From Lingula anatina (taxonomy: Eukaryota; Animalia; Brachiopoda), in NCBI GenBank assembly GCA_051362555.1, contig CM120644.1:25600213-25664212 (forward strand): a stretch of DNA of 64,000 nucleotides, in the 5' to 3' direction. Positions 25,603 through 39,149 of this stretch are shown piece by piece. Made by a program: the position numbers and the translations under genes. The notes beneath the pieces are model-generated. The model was not told where the DNA came from. It saw only the letters and a program-made list of their open reading frames with translations, and made no database searches. Numbering within the stretch: position 1 is the first letter of the stretch; every line of letters starts with the position of its first letter.

Positions 25603-27650
25603 AGCCTGGCCCCACTGCAACGTCAGTCGCAAGGAGGTTGCCATAGGTTTTTAAGTGGTCGCATAAGGTTGCTAACAGGTCGCCTGCGATTGTTGACACA
25701 TGAAGGCGATTTTTTGTGGACCGACAACCAGTGAGACTAAAGATGAAAATTATTGGTATCCTAAAGGTTGCCTATCGGTCTCTTCTTGGTTGTCAGTAGG
25801 TTGCTATAACCAGTAGCATACCATTTGCAACTGCACGGTCGATTGACCGTATTTAGACGACTGGCCGTTTACAAGTTTTTTACCAGTCGCAAGTAGTCGG
25901 CAGCAGGTCGCTAGAAGGTTGCAGTTGTAACTGCATGGTCGATTGACGGTCTTTAGTATCTTGGTCGCTAACAGGTTTTTTACCAATCGCAGGCGTTCTA
26001 AAATATGTGGCAGGAAGGTTGCAAGCGACTGCAATAAAATAGGCGTAGGATGGTGGTCTATTTGGGCAAAGACTTTTTTCATAATTTGTTATGTAAGACT
26101 TCTAAATATCAAGGTAATAAATTATAATATATTAGAAAAAGAAAACATAAATTGCATTTGTTGGCAATATTTTAAACCAGTTGCCAAGGCTTTCATATAC
26201 CAGGTATTTCACACTTACGAAACCAAAATAAAAAAAAAGGTGATGATAAAAGCAATGAAAGATTTTTTTGACGCTACGTTTATTTATTTTATCATTTTGC
26301 GAAAATCATAGGTAAAATGCCGAAAACCTCTATTATATATCGTTGTATGTTATTTAAACTTTGCAAAGACATATTATCAGAGTAAACAATGAAATAAATA
26401 CACGAATGCAGAGAAAACGGAAAATAAAAGCAATTTAATCAGCAAGGTACAACCACAAATAATTGAACAAATCGTAAAATATGTCCAATAGACTTAAATA
26501 AAAATAGTTTCAACACAAACAATTTAACATCTTCCCAGTGCTTGGTACCCACACTACAAGGATGAGAGTGTAAAAAGTACACGATGCGCATGACTTGTCA
26601 CGATTTAATTACGTTGTATTGTAAGTGGCAAACGCCGAGGGTTAAAAAGACAAAGGGAAAACCACACATTCGGTTGCAAATCAGTTGCAAAGCAGTCGGC
26701 GACCTGTTAGCAACCGGTTGGATACCACAAGTAGGTTTTTCGGTCGCCAGGAGGTTATCGGTGCTGCACCGAAAACCGGCGCAACCGGATATTAACCCTG
26801 CGTTCATTTGGAAACCACTTGGCGAGTTGTTGCAACCGGTCGCCGACCTTTTTGCAACCGGTGACAATTGCAAGTCGCAAAGAGGTTTTTTGTTCAGTGT
26901 GACCGTAACTGCACAGGCCTTGCGACCTCAAAGAGACCAAGTATTTGACCAAGAAAATATTAAAGAGTATTGTGAGATTAATAAGGATTATGCAAGTTTA
27001 TTTTTATTACAGCACTGGTTTCGTTAGGTGTGGGTGTACTCTTTTCAAAACACTGTTGGTTCTATTTTTAGGAAGGAAATGAAAACTTCCTGATTTTCAA
27101 GTCGAAGTTCTTTCATCAAATGTTTGTAATCGCCGTACAATGGGCGTCTTGCAATCCATGGGTTTTCCCAGTATTTTCGAGTTTTTTACTCGTTTTACTT
27201 CTTAGGTAAACAAAGTCAATGATTATAGCAGTCCTGTCTTTTTGAAAAGGAGTCGTTTCACTAGAACATTTTTGACTTTTGAGAGGGGAATTTATGGGAA
27301 AGCAGCTACTGTCACAAGTTGGCAACATATATATTCTGTGCGACCTTGCTGCTACCAGTTGACAAGCGATTGCTACAGTCCTGCAACCGGTTTTCGGTCA
27401 CCAAGTGGTTGCAGACAGGTTGTGTATCGCTCGGCAAACAGTGTGCGACTGGTAACCTATAACTTGAAGATGGTCTATAAGAGGTTGCAGATACCATACT
27501 GCAACCTTGTTACAACCGGTTTGCGACTGCTTGCCGATCAAAATTGGCCGCACCTTCTTAATTAGCTTGCAAAGTGATCGCAAGCGACCGCCAGATTTTG
27601 TGGTTGCAAAAAGGTTGCAAAAAGGTCGCAAGCGCAGTGTGACCCAGCCT
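25603..27650. mobile_element. Non-autonomous DNA transposon, PIF/Harbinger-like
   Basis: Imperfect TIRs AGCCTGGCCCCACTGC and GCAGTGTGACCCAGCCT, with TAA on both sides; interior saturated with GGTCGCAA/GGTTGCAA motifs in both orientations. Confidence 0.65.
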
Positions 27651-28727
27651 TAATAAAAAGTATGCAATACACAGCCTACATACAATTTCCCATATGCAAT
27701 TCATAGTACACATATGTTCCCATATGTTATACATTGTATACAAACATGTTCCCACATAAAATACATAGTTTGCAATTGCATACGTTCCCACGTGCACTGC
27801 ATAGTACTTATACATGTCCCCATATGCTATGTCACCCATTTTCTGTTCATAGCAAGATAATTGTCGGCTGCTCTTAAATGTTCAAGAAAAAAACCCTGTG
27901 AGTCCTTGTGTATTTGTGTGTATCCCGTTTGCAAAATAAAAAAATGAAGAATGCCGGGAGACCTAAGTGTAACACACCTCCCATGATACCACTAAAAGCG
28001 CTATTTGACCTTCTTTATAATAATGATAAAATAATAAGTAATATAATTAATGTTACGTAATTATAAGGATTCATACGGAGTCATATGCACGGTTATTTAA
28101 GATATACCCAATAGCTGGCCTTTTTAAATAGTTTTTAATTTAAACGTTTCTGTATTTTCAAACATTTTTAAATAGAAAAAAAATTGAAAGACAATTCTTG
28201 TTCTTTGTAAAGTTTATACGATGTTTTTTCCATGGCCCTGTTACAAAGGCCAAATAGCGTGTGTCTTGATCCAGGCACGAACGTAATAAATAAGAAACCA
28301 AGAGTCGGGTTCACGTTTAACACAAAAGAAAATAATATATAAGAGTGCATTGCTAAAATTACAATGCAAATCTGCATACTTTTCACTATTGGATGAAATC
28401 TTGGTGACAGATGACACTTAGAGCAATATTTATCTTAGAAATACCTGATAGTTGTCAGTTATTAAAATCCAGAATGTCGTTACCACCATAACAGTGGCTT
28501 AAAGTCAAGCATTTGACCAAAAATCTTACCTTGAAAAATAACACTGACACTCAAATAAAACGATTGGTTCACATGCGGACATTAATTGAAATAAATGCTA
28601 AGTATATATAAGTGAAGATAACATTATAGTGCTTGGTTTAAATATCGGTTTAGACTGTCTCAGTGAAAAGACAAGTCATTCCTTTTCTATTATATCCAAC
28701 TGGGCCGATTTCCATCTTTCACTGAAG

Positions 28728-30659
28728 ATGAAGTTTGTCGCGCTGGTATTGCTGGTTGCTGTCGGAATGGTCTTTACTGTGCTGACACAAGAGGCTCTCC
28801 CACCCGACCAGATTATGGAGGATCTGATGAGTAATTCTACTCCCTACCAGTACTGGAAAGTGATGTTTGCTTTGGACAGTAGCCTCAGCGTTAGCGACAA
28901 TGAATGGAATGATTGCTTATTACCGTGCATGGTGAGATAATTTATATAAATACAACGCTGGGATTGGCCGGTCATATTAAGAAATATACATTTTTGCTCA
29001 AAACGGTTATCATAATCTCTAGATTATGATTATGATATACTCTCTAGATTTTGGGATTTAAATAATGTTGTAGGTTTTAAATCTATATTTACCAGTATGC
29101 ACATATTTCGAATTCTTTCTTCCCCACAGTAACCAATGGCTATTTGACACTACTTAAGTCTAATGTGAGCATATGGCAATAGCTGGTGGCTCCACAGTTA
29201 ATTTTTGTTCAAAGGATTTACGACAGACCATCTGATCAGAATGACCTAACAGAGCGTGTCCCTCAGCAAGCATACCCAATTTGTGATCCTTTTAATCAAA
29301 ATACACAATGTTTTGTTGTTTACAGTGGCTTCCTCCAAAGTCGTCTGGTATTCGTACCTGTTAAAACCAGTCTGGTGTTCTCAAGGGACTTGAAGAACGT
29401 GTTCTTGTGACAATTTGTACCTCATTCTGAACGGAAAGGGTGGTATTTGTTTAGTTGCAGTGGCTTATCCGGAAGGACGGTGAGTCTTGTACCCTGGTGG
29501 TAAGATTTCGATACGCTGGGCGTGGCCTTTGTGCGGACTGTTGCGTGGACACAATGATCTGTCTGGCAATGCCTGTTTTTTTTTTTTTTTTCGCGCCATT
29601 CTTGCACAGGTTATACAGTTTTGTAACATAGTGATATTTACGAACTGCAAAACCGACCGCTTGCATGCAAAATTTCAAATTGTTCTGTGCAGTAGTTGCC
29701 GACGTATGGATACTTCTTTGACAGAACCAAGCTTTGACCTGCCCCGAGGAGCATTCCCCAATTAAACCACAGCATATTACACACTGCAGCATTAATTGGT
29801 AGTCAGTTAATTGGTAGCGACACACCTGACTGTGCACTTCTCCATTCAGTTTTTTTAAATAAAGCATTTTTCCTATGCATGTCTTCTTATCTGAAATATT
29901 CTATATTAAATAATAAGTCTGTATATTAGGCCCCTTTAGAACAAATTGATCCGCGGATTAACTGGTCCACTGTTCAAATATGGCACTCACCCAGTCCCCT
30001 TACGATCTCCTCGACTACCACACGTGCCAGCCTTCCAGGGACACATCAACATATCCCCGGTGCCGAGATTTAAACCGTTGAATCTCTAGCTCCCTGCAGG
30101 CCTGTTGCATGTGGTAGACATGGAGACCATTAAGGGATTAACGGTATCCCTTTCAAGTGGGCTGGGCCATATTTGATCTGCAGACCATTTAGTCCATGGA
30201 TCATCTGTTTTGAATGCGGCCATGCACCACTACCCTTTGATTTCATGTACTGGAAAGTGCCCGGGTTCTAAATAATCAAATTACCGCGAGCTATTAGGAT
30301 TTTACAACATGAAAATAATAATGATAATAACAACATTTATTCAGCAGAACATCCAACACAAATTAAATCTCGAGCAACAAAATACAGGAGGGCCTTTCAA
30401 CACATGTTGTCAAGCCTACTGCCTTGATCAATATGCCGATGCGCTAGAGTGAGGGTCCAGTTTTTGATTTCGAAACCAAAAAGAAGTGTCGTTTATATAA
30501 CTGATTCTGCAACAGGAAAAATAGTTTTTGCAGGGAAAGGGGTTGGGGGAGGGTGGCCACATACACTGATGCTCATAAGTTAAGCAACACTTTCTTATTT
30601 CTCGAATTTCTCAGCAACCAAAAATTTTATTGAGGCAAAATTTGTACAGTAGCTAGATA

Positions 30660-30714
<55 letters not shown>

Positions 30715-33242
30715 ACTTACTGGACCGTGACATTAGATTACTATTTACTGTTGGACACGGTAGAATATGCAATGGGGGTGCCGCTTGCAAAAAACACAGT
30801 TTGGTCATGCCATGAGGAGCTTCCAGTTTGGCTAGTTTCATGGGCACAATTCGTTAATTTGGACCAACCAATGGTTAGAAGAGGACTCAACGAGGTAATC
30901 AGATGGTAAATAATGGGAAGCCATCGTGCTGGGGTGCCAAAGAGACAGATTGCAAGGCAACAAAAAAGTAGCACCAAGTCAAGTGTCCAAGCTGGTAGCA
31001 AAATGGCGCCAAACTCATCATGTAGTGGACAAGCCTCTTTTGGTAGACCAATATTAACTGACGCAAGAGATGAAGATATCTGGTTCGATTATGCCACCAG
31101 GACCAGTTCATATCGGCCAAACAACTGAGGAACATCTGGCCTGGATTAGGAAGGGCTCGAATCAGACAGTCAACAGGCATCTTTTAGAAGCTGAACTTTC
31201 ATCTGAAAGACCTCGTCAAAAGCCACAGTTGACCAACAGACACAAGCAAATAAGATTGACATGAGCCAGATACCGAGAAAGATGGAATCACAGGACTGGG
31301 CGAAAGGTACTGTGGACTGAGGAGACCAGATTCACTTTGATGTATGCAGATGGTCGGCTAGGCGTCTGGAGACGTCCAAACCAAGCGTTTCAGGATGATT
31401 GCGTTCTTATCGTGTTCAGGCTGGCGGAGTATCCGTCATAGTATGGTACGGTTTCTCATATGATGAAAAATTGCCACTGTACGTCATTCAAGGGAGGTAC
31501 CCTGGTCAACAATACAGAGACGAAATCCCATTGGGGCGCATACAATCACACATTCAAGCAAATAAAACAGTTTGGTCATGCCATGAGGAGCTTCCAGTTT
31601 GGCTAGTTTCATGGGCACAATTCGTTAATTTGGACCAACCAATGGTTAGAAGAGGACTCAACGAGGTAATCAGATGGTAAATAATGGGAAGCCATCGTGC
31701 TGGGGTGCCAAAGAGACAGATTGCAAGGCAACAAAAAAGTAGCACCAAGTCAAGTGTCCAAGCTGGTAGCAAAATGGCGCCAAACTCATCATGTAGTGGA
31801 CAAGCCTCTTTTGGTAGACCAATATTAACTGACGCAAGAGATGAAGATATCTGGTTCGATTATGCCACCAGGACCAGTTCATATCGGCCAAACAACTGAG
31901 GAACATCTGGCCTGGATTAGGAAGGGCTCGAATCAGACAGTCAACAGGCATCTTTTAGAAGCTGAACTTTCATCTGAAAGACCTCGTCAAAAGCCACAGT
32001 TGAGGCAACAAAAAAGTAGCACCAAGTCAAGTGTCCAAGCTGGTAGCAAATACACACCCGATATTTATTGCATAATAGACCATGAATTATCTATTATCTA
32101 CAGTCTTCTTTTATTAAAACTAATTCTTAGACGATTGAACTTTATTTTTTTCATAATAAGCTGTTGTAATCAGCACGTACTTTTTGCTGTGTGAGCATAC
32201 TTTTTTGACACATGGTTTGGCATATTTTAGTACCGTTTGGTTAATTAAGTTATTTTGATTATTACAATAAGCTATGTGGTGTATTTCTTTAACCGAAATA
32301 TACAACTTGAATGAGTTATTTATAAAATATGAAAGAAATATGCATAATCCCACCAACAAATGAAATAATAATCATGATAGAAGAAACTTTTGAAAAAATC
32401 GGGGCGTTGCTTAACTTATGAGCATCAGTGTAGGCCTGTGTAACATGACCCAGAATCCCGCGAAACAGAGAGTCGTTGGGCTTCCAGTTTCTGGGTTTCC
32501 TTATTAAAACACAGTGTATCCCTCTAACGTGACGGATTGTAAGAGTCGTTCTTAAAAAGAGTCGCTAGGTTTTGTTTTTGAAAATCGAAACTAGTAACTA
32601 AGCACTTAGGTAATACAGTCATAATAAAAGACACACCTGTGCCAAATGAACCCACCTGTGAATTGCATATTAGGTAACAATTAATAAGAGGGCAAGAGCA
32701 TTTCACTGGGTTATCAAAAACATTATAAAACTAGTAAGATTTATTGAAAATATATATTTACGGGTGTTATACTCTAGTAGCCTTTATCATACATGTATTT
32801 ACAGGTATCTTAACGCATACAAAGAAGGCTTTGGAGTTGTGTGACACCGAACTCCATGACGATGGTAAACGCCTGGTATTTATATTCACTGACGGGAAAC
32901 ATACGGTTGGTAAGCCTGGTAACGGGAACCCGGTGAATACGGCAGAGGCGATGAAGAAGAAAGGTTTGTATTTCAAAGTCAAGGAACCTGTTATCCCATT
33001 AACTACCGGAGGTCTTCAGTTTAATGGCTGCAAGTACATTAATTTTAATTCAATTTCGCTCATTACTTATTTTATTCTAGTACATAAACTGCTATGTCAT
33101 TTCAGGAATTAAAATTTGTGTCGTTGCTGTGGGCCGCAATCCGTACATGAAGCAGATCAATAACATGGCTTCGTTGGTTACTCACAGGGGAAAGATTAAA
33201 AAATGTATTATTATCATTCGTCCGAACCCTTTGGATCCATAA
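28728..33242 (+). CDS. Secreted single-vWA-domain protein; the middle exon was not identified, so it may be a pseudogene
   Basis: Exon 28728-28931: signal peptide MKFVALVLLVAVGMVFTVLT plus VMFALDSSLS (MIDAS DxSxS), donor gtgaga. Exon 32805-32963: GILTHTKKAL...LVFIFTDG. Exon 33106-33242: GIKICVVAVG...QINNMAS...*. TATATAA near 28605. Phase 0 versus phase 1 requires an intervening exon. Confidence 0.65.
29929..30222. mobile_element. MITE-like element; a related end lies at about 5080-5133
   Basis: Imperfect inverted termini GGCCCCTTTAGAACAAATTGATCC...CAAATATGG and CCATATTTGA...GGATCATCTGTTTTGAATGCGGCC. Confidence 0.55.
30564..32430 (+). mobile_element. Defective Tc1/mariner transposon with an internal duplication
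   Basis: TA|CACTGATGCTCATAAGTTAAGCAAC ... GTTGCTTAACTTATGAGCATCAGTG|TA; transposase remnants WRKVLWTEETRF, DGRLGVWRRP and GGVSVIVWYGFS; about 30790-31231 is duplicated at +771. Confidence 0.9.
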
Positions 33243-34530
33243 ATGATGGGAAGCTAACTGACCGACGGAGAGAGTTGTCATACATTTTATTTTATTTTAA
33301 TGCTTGGATTGCAGCTAAAGCAGTTTTCTCTGCCAATGACTTAGTTTGGATATTGAATGCATATTTGGATAGATATTTGTAGTTCTAAAAATTACTGGTA
33401 AGGTAACATGACATGGATATTGATGACAAATAAAGCGTGAATTCCCCTCCAGATTTAAGTAATGAACTGCACATGTGTGACATGTGTTCCGTACAACAGC
33501 AAAATAAAGTAAGACCTATTTCAAATATGGTTGACTTCCTCCCAGTGTTCAGTAATGTGACTCCATGGTATTTAGATTATAGTATCACCAGAAAATTACG
33601 CTATTCAACGATCTACAACGTGGGCTAACAGAACCTGGGCTTTGTGCTTTCAGCTTTTTTGTTTTGGACGTTTTTACAATTCCCTAAAAAATAGTACAGC
33701 AAACGGACGACCTTTTTGAATATCTTTCCACTTTAGCGGCTTCTAACAAGTACGTAAGTCTGATACATTCCAGTCATTTGCGGTCATTATCTCTGCACTT
33801 TGATCGCAGGGATAACCAACCAGCTTATTGTAATGAACATCACCAAGCTGCTGATATAATGGCATATTTACTACGAACATCAACAGTACCTGTGATTTTT
33901 TCACACGCCAAGCATCTAATAATGTACAAGCACAATCCAGGTATCCAGCTGCTGTACATCTACAACATATTGATAACGGCATCATTACAGTCTTAAATAC
34001 ATTAAAGTGTTCAGTAGACTTTACAAGAGTAACAGAATAAAATGATTTCAAAACATCAATCGATAAAAAGCTAAAATATTAGAATAAATGTCTGTTGCAA
34101 GGTAAAAGTCAGTAACATGTAGGTCTCCATAGGTCTCCAGTCTGGCGTTACGTTATGATTTGACCTAATCAATAGGTAAGATAAAAATTGCGTTAAAGAT
34201 AAAATATGTCATATAGTGTTAGAAGATCAAACAACAAATGCCGACAGATGGCTCATATGGTGTAAAGGCGATAATAACGGTTCCTTGTTATATTAACGCC
34301 ACAAGTAGTAAAAATGTCGAGATGGCTATTGAAACGACTGAAATACAGGTGCTTCCTGGCCTAAGACCATTACATTGGAAGAGTTAAGTGCATATTTTTG
34401 GCTGTTGTGACAGGAATGGGAGTCCTAGAAATGGAAGTCTGGGGTCCAATATGATAAGTACAGGTTAGGGTTGGTTGGAGTATTGGGGTTAGTATATAGG
34501 ACGAACCTGTACAAAGTAATGGTAAGCGGA

Positions 34531-37243
34531 CTACAGTTCCTCGCGGACTTCCATTCCTGTTTCACCGGTCTTCCCCTTCCTCTCCTGGCTCCTTATCGAC
34601 CTCGCAAACGCCTGGTATTTGGTGAAATTGGCACTTATAACGGAAATAGGCAGCCCAGTGAAGACCATACCCAGCACCACACACACACCACCAACCACAT
34701 ATCCGCTTACTGCGCTTGGATACATATCACCGTAGCCAACGGTTGTCATGGTAACTACTGCCCACCAGAAGCCAACGGGAATATTTTCTATGTTGGGCGA
34801 CGAAACTGACATTTCTGCATAGAAAATGAGCGGCCCAAATACCATGGACCCCATCAGAAGAAGCAGAATTAGGAGTCCGATTTCTTTGCCACTTGCCTTC
34901 AGCGTCAAGATCATGACCTGGAGGCCGCTAGAGTAGCAGACGATACGTGACAATCGGAGCACACGCAGACTTAGTGACATCATTCCCAAAAAGGTCAAGA
35001 GATACACTGGAACCACGGAGCCTAGATTTACCAGTGTGTCGATGATTGTCATATACATGGTAAACCAGCACCAGTGGAGAACTGCCCACAGCAAATCAAT
35101 AATTGTGAACACGTTTTTAAGGAATCCACGCATATCTGGTGTCACGCAAATCTTTACCAATAATTCCAACGTAAATAAAGATGTGACGACGATATCTGCG
35201 TAGATTAAAAACGGATGAGAACCTTTCTGCAAGTAGAGCATTTGGTGATCGCTGAACTGTAAATTGTCTTTCAACAAAGATGTGTTCACTGGGCGTTCAA
35301 CGCGATATCCCTCGATACTGTCCAGCGCAACGGTCCAGATAGAAGTGAACAAAAGTAGAAGGTAGAATGTTGTCCATACCTGAAGAACATTTTAACACAT
35401 TTTAAATATGGAAATCTGATAAGTATACATAAGACATACAAAAACGACAAACACAGACATACACTGTACATGTACCCGGTTTGTGCTTTTTTGTTTCTCA
35501 ACATGACCTAACAAAGTTCAATTCTTTATTACAAATATTCACCCCTCCTCCCCCCTCAACCACCCCTCCACCACCCCTCCACCACCACCCCTCCTCCCCC
35601 CCTCCACCACCCCTCCTCCACCACCCCTCCACCACCCCTCCTCCACCACCCCTCCTCCCCCCCCCTCCACCACCCCTCCACCACCACCCCTCCTCCCCCC
35701 CCCCTCCACCACCCCTCCTCCACCACCCCTCCACCACCCTTCCTCCTCCTCCACCACCCCTCCTCCACCACCCCTCCACCACCTTTCCTCCCCCTCCACC
35801 CCCCCTCCACCCCCCCTCCACCACCCCTCCTCCTCCCCCCTCCTCCCCCCCTCCTCCACCACCCCTCCTCCCCTCCTTTATTACCAGAAATCTCATTACA
35901 TATTTTACTCAATTGTTGATTTGATTTGGGGTTACATTTGTTATCAAAATGCTATTTGGGAAATGAGAGAGTCTCTTTTAAGCTGTTTTAAGGGTGTGAC
36001 AACCTCTTAAGCAATAGCGTACATGTATATACATACATATGTGTATCATTCTTTTAAGTAAACAAAAGAATAAGATACAAAACGTGACATTTCTTTTAGT
36101 GATCTTTCTTGGTGGCGGTTGTTTTGGAGAGAACGGATGGGAAATGATGTCAAAACAACACCAACAACAAATACAACTACAATAACATCTAGGAAAGCAC
36201 TCAGAGAACTCAGACCTCCGCCAAGGAAGCTCGATTTTTCTTCTTATTTATTATAAGTTTGTTGATAATTCGATTCTCATCATTATTATTAACTAATAAT
36301 GAACTCAATTCTCATCAAAAATAAATAAATGAATAAACTGAATAATTCATTATTGGATCACAACAAAGATCTAACCCATTTCTGACCTATCCTAAACTTT
36401 TATTAAAATATGTCCATACGTGTTGAAAACAGACAGACATAAAGACTGACAGACAGACAGACAGACAGATGATCAGACAAGCGCAATGAAAACAGAACAA
36501 GCCTGCCGGGGGTAATTCTAGGTTATCACAGAGAAATTTGATCACAATAAATTAAGGAGTAGCTGCCCTAACAATATATATATATCAGCACAACTACTAT
36601 TACCTGAACGGACGGGTACACAACTGCTACGAAACCGGTGATATAACTAATAAAAAGATATCCCGAGTCCATCATGTCAAACATCATGTGTTAGAGTAAG
36701 CAAGAAGCCAATCGTTACCTTGGCCCCTCGAGATGAAGTGGGATCATTAAGAAATGTCCACACTCGTTGTTTCCAAGAATCGCAGCCTCCTTCGTAATGC
36801 GTTGTCTTGATGGTTTTGAAGGAATTGAACTCTTTCTCTAATTTTCCCTTTTCCTTCTCGAGAATGTCGAAGTTCTCCAAAATTTCTTGGCAACATGGCG
36901 CCAAATCACACTCTGATATCCCCCAGAACTCCAGTTCCAGTCGTATCAATGGAACACACAAATCATGGGGGAAATGTAAGATATTTGTTCTGTAAAAATT
37001 CAGAATGGGCCGAAAGTACATAGAATCCCGATCGAAATATATTTCATTTGGCACAGGCTGTGCACTGTACGTGAAATCCGCGGAGAGTTTCCCTAATCTT
37101 GTAAGAGGCAGTTTGTTTAAAGTGGTGATCAGCGTTCGGAATTGTGTGCCTGCTATGTTGATTGTCACCGTATCTCCAATGTGATTATGTTTACATGTCA
37201 ACCAGGCACTTTCAACGTCACTGTATTTGTCCTGTTCAGACAT
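34531..37243 (-). CDS. Voltage-gated K+ channel subunit, divergent Shaw/Kv3-like; 2 exons (37243-36719 and 35379-34531), about 457 aa
   Basis: T1/BTB domain (INIAGTQFRT, YFDRD, HFPHDLCVPLIRLELEFWGI); phase-0 splice AAG|gtaacg ... ttcag|GTATGG; segments S1-S6 with pore FWWAVVTMTTVGYGDMYP. Confidence 0.92.
35541..35877. repeat. C-rich (CCA/CCT) low-complexity tract in the Kv intron
   Basis: CCACCACCCCTCCT is reiterated; it is the source of the poly-Pro and poly-Gly ORFs. Confidence 0.92.
36190..36520 (+). mobile_element. HINE/DINE-like (Helentron-derived) short element
   Basis: 5' AAAGCACTCAGAGAACTCAGACCTCCGCCAAGG, an internal (GACA)n microsatellite, and 3' GCCGGGGGTAAT as a degenerate inverse of ACCTCCGCC. 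Confidence 0.6.
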
Positions 37244-37400
37244 TCTCTTCTATAGTTTCCCTTTCGTTGAATCCGATAAATGGATAATACACGTCTATTC
37301 CAGTGTTGAAGCTGCACTTTCTTCTTTCTGGAAGTAACATAAACGAAAATTGTCTTAATGTTCTATAGAGACCAGCAGCCTCTCCACAGCCAGTAACAGA

Positions 37401-37780
37401 ATATCAGTCAACTGCACCACGTACTGAAGTAAGCACGGATCTTGTGTCCTGCAGTCTGTACTCGGAAGTTACTTACACTAGGGGTATGGAGATATCGGCA
37501 GTAGTAGCAGTCCTGGACACCTTTACAATATCAGTCAACTGCACCACGTACTGAAGTAAGCACGGATCTTGTGTCCTGCAGTCTGTACTCGGCAGTTACT
37601 TACACTAGGGGTATGGAGATATCGGCAGTAGTAGCAGTCCTGGACACCTTTACAATATCAGTCAACTGCACCACGTACTGAAGTAAACACGAGTCTCGTG
37701 TCCTGCAGTCTGTACTCGGCAGAGTTACTTACATTAGGGGTATGGAGATATCGGCAGTCGTAGCAGGCATGGACACGTTC
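37401..37780. repeat. 127-bp tandem repeat, 3 copies, upstream of the Kv start codon
   Basis: ATATCAGTCAACTGCACCACGTACTG occurs at 37401, 37528 and 37655. Confidence 0.92.
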
Positions 37781-39149
37781 TATACGCAGTGCGCAGCTGC
37801 TCACATATTGGTTTTTATTGATTGCCAGAGAGTGTTTCTCGGCAAGCACATTAACGTTAGCGGCCCTGGGTGACTGCACATTGGGGAATCCAGTATCCAG
37901 GAAGCCAATATATATAAATAATGAACATTCCCCGAGGAAAGAGGCTCCACGTTAAATGTTTTTTTTATCTACGTAATGTTACGTGTATTATGCAGTCCGT
38001 TGGTACCTTCCGTTCATGACTTAAGTGGATGTTATGTAGTCTTGGTCCGGCGCAGGCAGCAACTGTTGAAATGTTGGGCACCGTGGTCTTGTTCACACCT
38101 AAAACAGATAATTCATCCTTTGGAAAATGTGATTTATAGTCATTTTCAAAACTTAAAAGTTTTAAAAAGATACGGATACTGGATTTTCTCGAACAAAGTG
38201 AGGACATTGCACTTAAACTTGTTTATTTGCAGTTGCCGACTTTATTTTGCAATGCGTTTAGTGATGTACAAATGAAGCTGCTCTGTTCGATGATCATTTA
38301 TTAATACCAGACCTCTACTCATCGGTATTATCCTACATTAAATTGATGCACTGCCTTTGAAAGAGCTGACAAAGGTGTTTATAAAAAGAGCCAATGCCAT
38401 GTGAAACGGTTATACAGCCATGTAAGCCACAGTCATTTATGGATGTGCACTTCTGCTTATTTTTTAATTGTTACCATCACATCACATCTTCCATTATTTC
38501 ACAACTACTGAAGTGATATCAAGGGAATGGAAGGTTAATGCATATTTCCAGTGTTGGTTGTTACAATTTTATTTCAGCAACGATGATCAGCCCGATGAGA
38601 ATAATTTGACAAAGAGCGCTGTTAAGTATTACAACTGAAATCAATTTATTTATTACGCTAAAAACAGGCTTCGATGGGTAATTATCGCATATCTGCCTCT
38701 TTGCCAGTGTCGGGTTTCCCCTGCTATGATCTGGCAGACAAATTACAATGTGTTAAAATATCATCCTCCCCTTGCAATAGTCCCCAAACCAGGCGCACTT
38801 CAAATAACAAGTCCGTGCACATCACTCATAATAGGTTTCACTGTCATGGTATAAACGAAAGTAGTAGAAAATATAAATACCATCCACCCCATGGGTTTGA
38901 GTTAAGAGTCAAGGGGTTAGGGTTATATTAGGGTCAGTGAAATTCAGGGTCAGGGTTAGTATAGATAACACATTCGTATCTAACACAAGTGGTTGTATGA
39001 ATTAATTGAATCAGTTACTATTAGAACTAAATAATTTAAGCTCAGGAGATGATTTTAGAAAGGCACTAAAAACTTCTGTTTAAAAGGTTTTATGATTGAC
39101 TATTTAACACCTTACAGAACAGAACATTTGGGTATTTCTTTAATAATAT

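Noticed and set aside
25511-27631. Cluster of overlapping 60-150-aa ORFs
   Set aside because: They lie within a motif-rich non-autonomous transposon and show no recognisable domain.
29610-29765. Candidate missing vWA exon after a strong acceptor (poly-T...GCACAG)
   Set aside because: It reads to a stop with no convincing donor or vWA-like pattern, and the sequence resembles a repeat fragment.
35481-35924. Proline-rich and glycine-rich ORFs (extensin-like)
   Set aside because: Low-complexity C-rich tract inside the Kv intron.
36604-36676. Possible extra hydrophobic Kv exon ending in CAG|GTAATA
   Set aside because: Exon 1 joins exon 2 in frame with a complete S1 without it, and there is no suitable acceptor.
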